From assembly GCA_000320545.1 (NCBI GenBank), contig ADNK01001731.1, positions 1-64,000 on the forward strand: 64,000 bases of DNA, written 5' to 3'. The stretch comes from Bigelowiella natans CCMP2755 (lineage: Eukaryota > Protista > Cercozoa). Under the pieces are notes generated by a model, which saw only the letters and a list, made by a program, of their open reading frames with translations, was not told the DNA's origin and searched no databases. The first letter of the stretch is position 1, and every line of letters starts with the position of its first letter. Positions 15,380-27,678 of the stretch are shown here, in pieces. Both the position numbers and the translations under genes were made by a program.

Positions 15380-17270
15380 AGTGACGCAAAATGCATGCAT
15401 AGCATGGGGCTGCACTAGGCCTCGACGAAGGTTGAAAAGCCGGTGTCACACGTTTATTCTTGATTTAGCGCATGGTTTACATGACATGGTCCCTCTCATC
15501 ACACGAAACCCTTCACATTGCCAAAACATGCTCTCAAGATATAGGGCATTATCGCCATACTTTTGCATTCTCACACGGCTGCATGCGTTGGATGCTGTAC
15601 GATGTAGACATAATGTGCATCATGCCCGCATGTGTGATTTGCATGCTGTCTTTAACATGTGCATTAAACAGCCTGCCTAGTATACGCTAGCTTGACGATA
15701 TCAAATGCAAGTTAGTGACCGATTTTCGCTCAATGTTTTTGGCATATACCACTTGCACGTGGTTTTTATCCGCAGTCAATGAAACAGAGACACTATTACA
15801 TGCCTACGTAGAGTAGCTGTAGTGTTGTGTCGATCTGTTTCCACCAGCTAGCCGCTAGCTGGTAGATACACACATCGCTCAATTCTGATTTTCGATCTCC
15901 ACACATCCACATGGGCTTGTTCCCACACGTCAATCGTCGGGTTGTGCGTCATCAGTAATTCGAATCGATTTTTCTAAGCAAAACAACGTTGCAGCCGCCT
16001 AGTAGATAACTCATGTGTTTGCGTACGACATGCATGCACGTGCACACATAGCAGAGACAAACGATTGATGATGCACATGTTATGTGCATAAAATTAAATC
16101 ACCATTCATTGTCATTCTGTCATTCTCAGTGTGCGTGTCTGTCGACAGCAAAATGTGACATATTTGTGGCGCGCGTGTACATGTACGTATTTGATGTTCA
16201 AGTGTTGTCTGTTAGCCACACGTGGGACGTACATGTAGCGCCGGCTGTGCGTTGATCGACGGGCATTCTAGCATGGGACGAAATCTAGAAATGGCTACCT
16301 TGTGCATGCGAACAACAGCACATGATCGAGGCCCTACGATACGCATGTTTCGTTGATGTGCATCTAGCTCACGCAGTTTCATTTGATGAATGTCTGAATC
16401 AATTTGTAGGTGGAATTCATCACGATTTGGGGAACTGAATCAATTCATTGCGACGATGTGAACACTGCTTTTTTGCATCAATCAATGCTAGAATGCCAGA
16501 ATGGTCAAACAGCATCGCGCAGCGCATGAGGTGCAGGAAGCTAGCAAGCAGCGAGCTCCACCCACACAGATTGCACAGCACATTGCAGAGCGCGCCTCAG
16601 AACTTCGCTTGCGGTTTCTGACAGAACAACACATGTTGGCGACGGCGAGTGCAAGCAAATGAAACGTTGCGTTGAGCGCCGAGCGGCAGAATTTCCATGC
16701 GCGTGAACATGCGACCCTCAGGCGCTAAAAAGTTGCTTAGATTTCCACTTCGCGTCATCGATCAGCAGAACGAGCTGAGCAGAAATGGCTTTGCCATAGA
16801 AGAAACTTGGCAGAATAAGCTGCTGGTATGCGCCTTGAGCGCTTGATGGCGATGCGCGCGCGACGCTCTGGGCATTCGCAGAGCTCCGATGCAGGTGAGC
16901 GTAGAAGCTAAGAGTGGTTGAGATTTCTTTTCGCCAGCAGAAATTCAACAGAACTAGAAGAAACTCAGCAGAACAAGCGCTGCTGGGGGCACTTCAGCTT
17001 GGTGATCGACGATGGCTCACGTGGATGTATTATTTAGAAATCTAGAAATATGGACTGATGGTAGTGTATTTATTCATACTCATGCTGAGTGCACAGAATT
17101 GCCATTATTACTAGATTACATAGATAGTTGCATCCAGCACGTTGACAATGAACAAATGCGTCGCATTCGCTCTAGTTGTGGCCGCCGATCGCATTATTCT
17201 GGCAGCCATACTGCGCGATGGCAATGTCATGTGGCTGCCGGCATGCATTTTGGTTGGAAATTTTGTGTCA
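15380..17270. other. Intergenic TAY/RTA-depleted, TG/CA/CG- and CTAG-rich island (putative hypermutated relic DNA)
   Basis: 16411-16790 (380 bp) has only 4 TA dinucleotides by my count, all YTAR (CTAG x2, CTAA, TTAG). TGCA, CATG, CACG and GCGC are abundant. No (TA)n tracts. Depletion is weaker in the 15.4-16.0 kb part. Confidence 0.75.
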
Positions 17271-17633
17271 CATAATGTAGAAATCATGATTATTTAAGTA
17301 GATGTTACGAGTCTAACGCGCAGTTTAATCCAAAGTTCTCTTGTTGGCATTGCGCAATGCATTGTCTCTGTGCCATACGTAATCCACACATTAATTAATA
17401 AACTTACCCTCGAAGATCCATAATTGCACTCTTCATTTTTATTTTGTCTCTTATACACTGATTTACAACTTGAGGAAGGTAAGTAGATGTTTACTCTATC
17501 TCGAACTGTTTACCACGCGAAAACCAAATATATTACAGACACACTGTACAGCGTTGCAAATATACACGTGAGTTTATAACTCACTTATCTTGAAATTTAA
17601 ATTCTATTATTAGGTAGATGATGATGGTATCTT

Positions 17634-18294
17634 CTATCTCGTATCATCGGCAAAAATCTTCCACTTGGCCAGAAGGGCGCCTCTCTGCGGATCAACATCG
17701 GCGATATATTTAACGAGTCTCTTTGCCCTGCGCATATTACCGTTCTTACTCTCCATTAGAGCAAGAGCCGTCAGAAGCTTTGGAGCGCGCTGCGTTTTTC
17801 GCAAACCCTCAGAGAATGTCTTCCTTGCGTCCTGCACCCTTTCCAGCCGCTGATCGTGGAGTGCCTTCAAGAGGTAGGTTTCCTCAAGCAGGTCTTCGGG
17901 CACATCGACGTGTTCTGGCAGCTGGTGTACAATGGTGTTATATATTTCCGAAGCCACGGTATACCGTTTCTGCTCAAATGAAAGACGGGAGGGGGAAATC
18001 TGTGTAAGAACGTTGTTTTATCGGATAATTCAACAATTGCTTAACATGGGACTTGTTGCAATAACTGATAAACTAGGTGAGAGTATTAGTCCACACCTCT
18101 CTTATAGCACTTCGTGCTCTTGCATGTAGTCCACTGACAAAGGGCGCAACTCTCTGGCTTATTCTACTGCAGGATGCCCTTCTTCCGCTAATAGAAAATA
18201 TGTGAGGTTGATTGCTCGGAACGTGCATAGCCCTTACGGCCCAACCCCCAAACGACATCGCCAGCGAAGCCGTTAGTAAACGAACAAGCGCCAT
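17634..18294 (-). CDS. Small HAT/TPR-repeat protein (187 aa) with bipartite signal + transit-like peptide, probably plastid-targeted
   Basis: join(18294-18097,17999-17634) with a phase-0 GT-AG intron. N-terminus MALVRLLTASLAMSFGGWAVRA is hydrophobic and is followed by a Ser/Arg-rich, acid-free segment. C-terminal HAT-like helices: ARKTFSEGLR...LLTALALMESKNGNMRRAKRLVKYIADVDP. Confidence 0.72.
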
Positions 18295-18649
18295 GGTTTA
18301 TGAAATAAGTTGGATGGTGATTGAGAATGGATGAAGCTGAGAGTGGGGAGGAGAAATGCAGGCTCTGGAGCCAGACTTCTTTTACCCGGTCTCGTTTGAA
18401 TTATACTCCAATTTGACCAACAATGAGTAATATTTCATGTCGTATCGTAAAAACAAGGGCTATTCCTGCTATTTCTCTCTCCCAATATCCACACACTTCT
18501 CCGACTTCTCGGGGGGAGGTAGAGAAAAAAGTTGTGAGAAGCATTTTTCTTTTTTGAAAATGGATTTCAGATTTGTCGTAGCACTAATTAAGCTTGCAAT
18601 TGCTACATATTTTTTACTAATAACAGTACAACTGTGCAACCACGTAGAT

Positions 18650-20030
18650 CCACAGTGAATTTAATTAAGAATAATAGGGAGACAAATTGTTTCCAATATG
18701 ACGGAGAATTAAGCGAAGAATCTTCCACCGACAATTGATAATGCGGTTTACTGAAGGAGAAGTCTCTGCATTCTAAGGATTCGACCATTGGGAAATGGAA
18801 AATCGTTCTCAGGCAAACCAACCCCGTACTTGCTATGAATAACGCTCCTCTCATCCGTGGTCGTACTGTGCAGAAAAGGCCTCGATTCCACGATGGATTT
18901 ACCGATATCCGCAGACGTAAACAAGAATGGCAGTGTAGGGTACCTGAGAAGGGGAAGGTCCACCAGAGCGCTATATGAGCGAATTCGTCGGAAATATTAT
19001 TAGAATATCTTGTCTTTCATATAAAATGCCCAATAATTACATTGGTTGTCGCCTAGAAAATCCCGTTTCTTTTGGATCAAGCTTGCCGCTCTCCTAACAA
19101 AATGGGGGGCTCCCCCCCGCCCTCGTGGCAACGACGACCACCGAACCAGATGCTCTGGATTCCGCTGGAGATCCTACTAAGCATTTATTTCATATCAGTA
19201 CTTTTCGACTGGAGAATAATGGATTCTGTGTGGACCGGGAGGCGGGATCTTCCTCCTGTTACGATTTCGTTTGATTATTCTAGATTTGATCGGTACGAGG
19301 AGTGCTTCACGGCTTTGCCTGTCACAAAACAAAACAGTTTTTTTTCCGTGTTACCTACCCCACTGGCATTAGCCGAGATTGTTCACTGAGTTACAAGATA
19401 GAATTATTTTCCTTTCTTTGTCCACAGAATTTGCGATGAGGACAGCAGCGACCGCGAAATGACAATGAAAGAAAGGAACATGTACGCCCCTGTTATCAAA
19501 TTCATTCCGATTGAAACACTGTATCCTAGATATTGCACATTTGTAGGGAAGGTTTGTCCGTAGGAAATAGCAGTTTTAATTGTTTGCTCACTCCTCTGAT
19601 ATCCCCGGTGCAGGCTGCCGACCGAAGATGAGGCTAAGCGTCTTAAATATGGGAGCGTGAATGGCTTTCTGAACGGTACTGAAAGCATGCACATGTACGT
19701 ATGAAGTCAATATATCTCATTGACAAGTAAATTAGATGAAACAGCTACTCGGCTCTCTCTTTTCCTTCTATCGTTCCCTAGAAGCTTGTCATGAATCAAT
19801 GTCTTTGTGCCTGTGTGTTGTGTCATCGTTCTTCTTGATTTACGTGCGCAACATTCTGCACAGCTGGTTGGACTGACATAGTTCATCGCGTCAATGAAAT
19901 GGTGCCGATGGTAATCCAGTTTATTTCTCGCCATACGTCCTACATTTGCATACACAAATGATCTCCATCGTACGTTCCCTCTGCGGGTTCGGCTTTGGTT
20001 CTATTGCACAACACGACAACGTTTCGAAAC
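18650..20030 (-). CDS. Possible multi-exon hypothetical protein
   Basis: Several splice-bounded open segments on the minus strand (DLQRNPEHLVRWSSLPRGRGGAPHFVRRAASL ~19045-19174; QSREALLVPIKSRIIKRNRNRRKIPPP ~19205-19318). No recognisable domain; structure unresolved. Confidence 0.25.
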
Positions 20031-20114
20031 ATGCGACATTTCTACTCTAGTAAATAGTGACTCCCAGAAATGAAAATTGAAACTAGGAGCTAGCCATGTG
20101 TAAACGTGCATCTG

Positions 20115-21390
20115 ATGTGGAAAACGTCTAAGGTTCGTCAAAATGGCTGCTCGCGGGAGCTGCGGAAGGAACTGAGGATCATCTCGAAAAGAGTTGCAGA
20201 TTTACAGAGTCAAAACGTAATCGGAAAACCACAATAGAGCACAATAGACAAAATACCAAGAATAATTTATGCTGATCAGTGTTAGCCTTAGCTCTAAGAA
20301 GATCCATACCCATAGATTTTGGTAGGGGAAGTTTGAAATCGTTCATAAAATGACACTTCCTCGTAGATAGCGCACAACTATGCTTCCTCATTAGAGACTT
20401 TTCTTATAATCACGTTGTAAAAGAGAAATAATATTCTCATTGTTAATGTTATGTGGGCGAATAGGAGACGTACATGGACAAAGATATGCAAGCGTCTGAG
20501 GGCGACCGAAGAGTACGAATATAGCCTCGTATCTTCATAGTTAGTTGTAAATTCTTCTGTGCATACATCAAAACAGTGCTGATATACTCATGTACACACG
20601 AATCGGCGATAAAACTATTTTATTGTTCTTGGGGTTTTTCATTAGGGTGCTGATATCCTGTCGCTCGCACACCGGGTACACTAGTTTCCGTCTGCATTGT
20701 TTGACAGATTCTACGAGGAATAGGCTCTCAAATTCATAATTATCCATATTTCGATGAAAATTTCAAATTTTAATGACGGAATTGACGAGTAGAACATGTG
20801 TTATCCGTTTCTTCTGATTTGTTCCACTTAGATTTTGAGTTTGTCTGTGTTTTCAAAAGGTGATAGTGTTAGATCGACGTCTACGACAGGAGTTTGCGGA
20901 ACGGGTAATGCGTCTATCCATCTGAATATATTTTCCAGAAGAAAAATTAAATCATTTGCAAAATGTTAGTACGGTATTATAGAAATACATGGGCAAGTAT
21001 AGTTTATATATATCCTGCATACATGTTATATTTATAACTGTATTACCGTTGTCTGTATGTGTATACGTGTTCCTGTTGACTTATCATGTGAAGAGTGTAT
21101 TTTCATTTGATACTCCGCACTAATTAACCAAACCACAGGAGGAGGAGATGAAGAAAAAGGCCAACGAGGAAGTACATAAAATACTACACAAACACACACA
21201 GCGTAGAAAATTCATACACATTCATTTCATTTATCATTTTATTCCCTCCCACCCCCTTCATTCACTAGATCGACGATGCAGAGGACAACAGAAGAATGCC
21301 GAATCTGAAGCCATTGTGCCCCTAGCATGTAGACCAAGTAAAATACTTACAAGAAAATCATGCAACCGTACAGCACCGATGAAATGACCA
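20115..21390 (+). CDS. Possible small multi-exon coiled-coil hypothetical protein
   Basis: MWKTSKVRQNGCSRELRKELRIISKRVADLQSQN followed by a GT donor (~20217). Further short AG/GT-bounded exons at ~20709, ~20890, ~21138 (EEEMKKKANEE) and ~21269. Confidence 0.35.
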
Positions 21391-22483
21391 AAACAGCATT
21401 TATGGCGCAGCTTAATAAGGATGATGGGCCAATATACGCAATACTTTTATTTAAGACCATTTGTGCTTTCGGGCGGCATTTTCGACGACGTACATCATGC
21501 GCTGCGCATGCATGCTGCAGCATTTTTTGCGATAGCTAGACAATGCTTCATGTCGCAATCGCAATAATTACAAGCACATAGCATTGTAGAGGAGGAAAGA
21601 AAAAGAAAGTATGTTGTTAAAGGAAGTTCTTGTGCATGCACACTGCTAGAGTCATAGATGTTTGTTGTGAGTGTGACACTTTTCCGTTCAATGGCAGCAG
21701 CAAGATGATGCCCTCTATTGGATTGGCTACACCTCATACCCTAGCCCACTCCATTCTTCCACATACTCTATGCGGTTCTTTAACCGCATCGTGCCATCCA
21801 TTACAAATGCTATGCGGACGAGACCAAGAGACTGCTCTTTTTAGACGGCATGAATGAATGATCGATGGGGCATCCTTCTGTTCTGGCTTGCTTCCGAGCT
21901 TTCGATTTTTTTAAGCAATTTCACTATGACGCAACCCTAAATTCGAAGTCGTTTTCAAACTTTGTACACCGAGCTGTTCACATGATGTTCGTACTCTCCC
22001 ATTCTCGGAATAAAAGAGCACGAACATGTCGCAGATGCGCCGGGATTTCGGCCTACGACATTCTAATCCCCATCGCAAACGCAAAAAAACAGTAATGTGC
22101 AAGCTCTTTCAGCAGAAATGAAGTATTTTATCATGCTGCTGAATTTGGACATTGTAGACTTTTTTTCCAAGACTTTTTCAGGGCCATTTTTGCTGCGTCA
22201 AGGAAATCCCGCTCATTCAGGGTCATAATCGCCCAGGTTCCTTCCTTTCGAATGGAATTGCGCGCGCTTTAACTCTCCCCGGACACAGCAAACTCTTCTG
22301 CCCGAAGCGCACGTCCACCGTTCACGTTTTTGCCGACTTTCGACATGTATTGTTGTGTAGAATGAAATCGGATTTTATTTTACGATATTCTTCGTTTCAA
22401 ATGCGGTATTTTAATCTTTTGCCGTCGGTACTCTTTTCTTTTCACTTCATCGGCAAACAGGACAGTTCGTCGGAGTACTCTAC

Positions 22484-22518
<35 letters not shown>

Positions 22519-22661
22519 CGTGTGTGTGTTTATGTGTGTGTGTGAGCATGGGTGTGAATTGTGTATGGATGTACATGGATTCGTAGGAAAGCAGAGCTGC
22601 CCTGCTTCATAGTCAAATATTTTCTCTCTTCCCCTTTTGCCTGCAGCGAAGAACAAGACCT

Positions 22662-24350
22662 ATGCTGCAGCTGGCGTTTTGGATGTTATCATCCTTTTGG
22701 ATGGTTGCGGAGGCTGCTCCAGGAAAGTGCCAAATCGATTCTGACGACACCGTGTGCTACGCAACCGGGGCACCATCATCCGCACTCGCGTTTGGAGCGA
22801 GGTACAGAGGGTTTCGACCAAAGTTCCTTCGTGTTGGTAAGAACTCATAGATAACTGTCTACTAGAGAGCTCCTCCTTCACCTTGCAACTGACTAACTAT
22901 GGATCTCCGCAGCTAGAACCCCCATTCCGCCATTGGATGCATTTCCAGACGCCGTGTTCGAAATCAAAAAGCAAAAGATTTTAAGAAATAACTCTGCGCT
23001 TATCACGGTGGTAGGTTGGCCGACTAACCGTGCTGGATTCACGAAACATCCTATGAGCCCTCTAAATGTGCAATTATTTTATATCTTCCCACGTAGAAAC
23101 TCAAGGATGCGCCGGCAGTAGAATTCATCTACCTCGAAGCATTCAAATGCGTTGTCTCTCGAGCCAGGCGAGCATCTTTCCCGATCTCAAGCTGCAGAGA
23201 TCTTTGCAGCTATTCTTCGTCATGCGCCGCCAATGAGCAGAGATACGAGTGTCTCGTAGCGCCAAATGTCCGAACAAGAAATGGAATCAGAGGCATTCAA
23301 TTTTGCTATGAGCCTAGCAGTGGCACTACGACTACAAGCTCTCCTACCACATCGTCTCCCGTAACCGAGTCGCCTTCTACGCTCTCGCCTTCTACGATCG
23401 CGCCTTCGACTTTCACACCTACAACAATTGCACCGACAACAGCTTCGCCGCTAGTTCCTGTGAGTCATGCTCGTCCTGTACATGCAACCGTTGTCGTGCA
23501 CACGCATTTCCTTACCCATCATCGTTGATCGACGAGTTGTTTAAGCAGCACATTGTTGGTATTCGGCTGCTGCAGGTAATCGTAAACGGAGCAACAGTGA
23601 CCCTGGATTCCGCGTTCTTGGGAGACGTACGATGCATGATGCAACGAATCACAAATGAAATGATAACAACGCCGATAAGCAATGGAACTTCACACTAGCT
23701 GCTATTTCAACTCCTCGCAATATACTGGCCTTACGAATATCTCAAGAGCCTCTGGAAATAAATGCTGTTTTCTGAAAATATGCCAGCGAGTCGCTACTAC
23801 CTGCTCTTTTTTAGCTACAATTACCTGTCTTTTATTGGTACTCTGTTGTGCACAGGAAGGGTGCACAGCTAGGAGTAAGCTGGTTTTATGGAATCTCTAT
23901 ACCCAACAGGTTCATCATGATCATATATGATACACACGCACACACACACGCACAAACACACGCATAGTATATGTGGTATATATACATATTCTATTAGTTG
24001 AAATCTAGCCGGTTTGATAAGCTTGATCTTGTTTGCTCCTGCAGCCTAACAATCATTGCGAGAAATATCTTCCATGCAACGTCAATGCTGTATTGTGCCG
24101 TTTGATTGCACGCAGGTTGAGGGCGTTGTTTGTGACGATCTCACCTTCACCCCTCCTGGGCCTGAAGATCCGCCATTGGCTGAAAATCCATGCGGTGAGT
24201 CTTACAATCCAGAATATCGATAGAAACTGCGCAGCTTGCGAATTTTCTATTTCCAACACCCATTCTCTCTCTCTCTTTTAACCTCTCTCCCACACACATA
24301 CAAACGTACCCAAAGAACTATAACCTTGCTCGGGAATGCAATAAGAGAAC

Positions 24351-24388
<38 letters not shown>

Positions 24389-24962
24389 AAGAGAGCAAGA
24401 GAGAGGAATAGCCGTATTCAAGTAAATATAACCTTCTTTTCTCTTTCCTTGGGACTGAGATTAACGAAACACCGATGATACCGAATCGTCAAACCCAATG
24501 CATCTTTCTCATTACCCTACCGCATCTCGTACGAAGAAGAGTGAGTGTACTCATGCACGTAGATCGGCCCTTCTGCTACCCAGAGCCTGGGCCAGAACCC
24601 TTTACCTTCACCGGCAATTGCATCGCTACCGACCTAGTTACTCGACTTTGCTTGCCCAGGCACTCCAATAGGCTCTAGTGGGGGGGGCGCGGTCACTCCT
24701 CAAGGCTACTACGGAGGAGGAGAGGGGGGCGGATCAAGTTCCGTGCTTCTTCCACATGGAGAGGCTATGCACACAGCCCCTCACCCCTTTCGAGCTAATG
24801 AAAGCATGGTGTTTTACACCTACACGCACGTCAGCAGCCATTCGCGCAGACGCAACGAGGGGGCTGTGCATACACTTGGCAGTTCCGTGCTGTGTACCTC
24901 TGTCAATCCATTTGCCTGTCTTGCAGCTGGGGTGAGTCCACAATAAAAGATATGCATATATG

Positions 24963-24994
<32 letters not shown>

Positions 24995-25065
24995 TAAGTT
25001 TATTCATATGTCAATCGTGTCAAATTTAATGGCGCATGGTAAGAAGACCTAGGGATTAAATATAC

Positions 25066-25107
<42 letters not shown>

Positions 25108-25330
25108 TCGACTTGCACTTCCCATGCCGTCTCACTAAGTGCCCTTTTGGTTCATTTGTAAACATGAGGAGAAGTTTTGCATCGTACGTCGCTTGGCGTT
25201 TGCAACGACTTTTTTTTGTAGAAGTTGTGGGGTGATACTATTCAGCAATGCTTTGGCTACCATTCAGGGGGGAGGCATATTCGGATGATGATGACGTTAC
25301 TTGCGAAGGTTTAATTCCATTTTGCACGCG
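22662..25330 (+). CDS. Secreted or cell-surface protein with signal peptide, Cys-containing segments and a mucin-like Ser/Thr/Pro stalk
   Basis: MLQLAFWMLSSFWMVAEAAPGKCQ signal-peptide-like start. Exon ~23318-23459 encodes SGTTTTSSPTTSSPVTESPSTLSPSTIAPSTFTPTTIAPTTASP. Later exons give VEGVVCDDLTFTPPGPEDPP (~24116) and Gly-rich GSSGGGAVTPQGYYGGGEGGG (~24672). 3' end uncertain. Confidence 0.55.
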
Positions 25331-25956
25331 AAGGAACGATTTCCCAACATTTAATGAAATCTGTTTGTTTGCGCCCCTACCATGAGTAATACCCTGCTGT
25401 TTGTTAGTTAGAAGTAACACACATGGACGATAGTATATGCTTGCACTAGAGTATATATTTGTCAAAACTGTATGTACAATGCACTTCTGAAAGCTCATGA
25501 ATGCGAAAACCGTTATTGGTCTTTTTTTTTGTGTCTTGTTGATTATTCCTCATCAAATTTCGTTTAAATTTTGGTAGAATTATCTAGTCATCTAAGGAGC
25601 TGTGTTTTTAATTATTTACACGCTAGCATTTATCATCGCTGATATGTGCGCGCGCATATAAGTGGCCAGTCTCGCATGTACGTTGCTAGTCGCATTTTCT
25701 TGCATTTTCTTCTGCTGCATAAGTTCCAGCTTTGAGTTCATTGCTGCTGTTCGCAAGCACATCTGGCTTCTGCTTGAATCATCGACATGCGAGCATGGAG
25801 CATTGCGAATAGTGCCACGCGACTACATGTAAAAACCATGATACTCTAATGTCCCGTAGTAATGTGCGAGCGCGTATATAATATAAACATTTGTTAAGCT
25901 CAAAATATCTGTACAAACATACTGGACAATGATGCTATGAACGGGTAAAATGTGTT

Positions 25957-26172
25957 TCATTGCGCTCGTTTGTTCCCCCTCCGAATTCTCCTCTTAGCTT
26001 GGCCTCTTCCTCGAGAATCTGATGATTCTCGGTCTTCGGTGCTGGCGCCTCTTCTTCTTTCCCCACCAAGCTTTGACCTCTGACCTTCACCTTTGATCCA
26101 GTTTTTCACATCGCGTCGCGAAATTATCAAACGGCCCGAATTTTCCGACGATACCTTTGCCCGAAGGAGGGG

Positions 26173-26242
<70 letters not shown>

Positions 26243-26510
26243 GTGTGATTGAAGCGAAATGAGGAAAAATCATGGGCTTCACGATTAATATCGATGACTC
26301 GAGAAACTCACCTTGGCTGCAAGAGGAGGGGTTACTTCGTGTTCCAGCATCGATATCAGTACAGGCCCTGCAACGATTTAGAAGGAGAATTCAGGAAGGA
26401 TGTTGTCGGGAATACATGCTGCATCGTGTGGCGTCGCGTGGTCTTAAACGAGTATTGGCAGCTTTATATACAGAGAGGAGTATATGTAGAATAGAATTAA
26501 TATTTGAGTT

Positions 26511-26550
<40 letters not shown>

Positions 26551-27647
26551 ATGTGTTATAAATCGAGAAAACAACAGCGTCACCTAGTAAAGATGTTCCT
26601 GTTTTTTGTCCCTTCCCAACGATGAGGTGTAAGTCTCCAAGCTCGTCCACGCGATTCTTCAGTCTGACGATCTCTCCCAGGAACCTTCGCATTCCAACCG
26701 GTTCCATACCATAGCGTTGGCGGGTAGAAAATACACAAAACGAAACAAGCGAGCGGAAAATATGAAAATTGACAGTCAAAGGAACACTTGGCATCTGGGA
26801 TCAACTACAGCAACAAACGTTAATGTGCAGCGGTCCTTCATACGATCATTGTTGTAAGTTTTCTCTACGAGCGAATGCATTTACTGTTAGTTTTTAGCTT
26901 CTGGTTAAGAACCGATAGCAGCTTTTTAACGAAAACGTATTTTCGGCGTATTGTCTTAGATTACCACCGCATTGCAGATCTAGCCACTGGGCCACTGAGC
27001 GTGTGGAAATCAACACTGGTGAAATCGTCAATTGACTCGATCCTTGTATTGACCTATAAGCAACCACGCATATGATCCATGTGGATGAGCGCGAGTACGG
27101 CCAATAGCATGAGATTTCTATGTGTACTCCGCCTCCTTTTATGATAGCAAATGCTCTTATATGTATGCAAAGATTCCTCGTGTACCAGTCGTTTCTGCAG
27201 CATCTCTAAGTATATAGCATCAGCCCGATTCTGTCGGCTTATCAGTGTTGAAGTTCCTCCTCCTCCTCCTCCCCCTCCTACTGCTGTTTTTTTGGTGGAA
27301 GATCCACCGTTGCTGTCCTCTTCAGCCCTTTGCTGTGGAGGTTCCCATAGAGCATCAATTATAGCGAAATATACCATCCGCGCGCTCCTAAAATATATAC
27401 GCACATACATGCAAAGAAGGGCGCGTTTGGTTATTTCAGCAGCCTAGCTAATGATTAGATGGTGTTTTATGCAGCAGCAGGCAGCCTAACCGTTGTTGAT
27501 TCCTCCTTTCATAGCTTTCGAGCGAGAGGCGGTGCTGCTGTGTCTCGTCTCCGGAGGAGGGGGGAGTGTGTCTGTGTTTGTAGTCGTCGAAGAGTGCTAA
27601 TGCCAATTGCCATTTGCCTATTGAGCCAGCACCCTTGGGGAAAAACA

Positions 27648-27678
<31 letters not shown>

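Noticed and set aside
15381-15690. Cys/His/Met-rich short ORFs in the islands (also 41513-42284, 52594-53153) as metal-binding proteins
   Set aside because: They are a by-product of TGC/CAT/ATG-rich, stop-poor composition. They occur on both strands with no motif spacing or splice structure.
26584-26600. Apparent non-canonical GA splice donor in the PPR-SMR gene
   Set aside because: Extending the exon by a few codons reaches a canonical GT donor that is in phase with the next exon.
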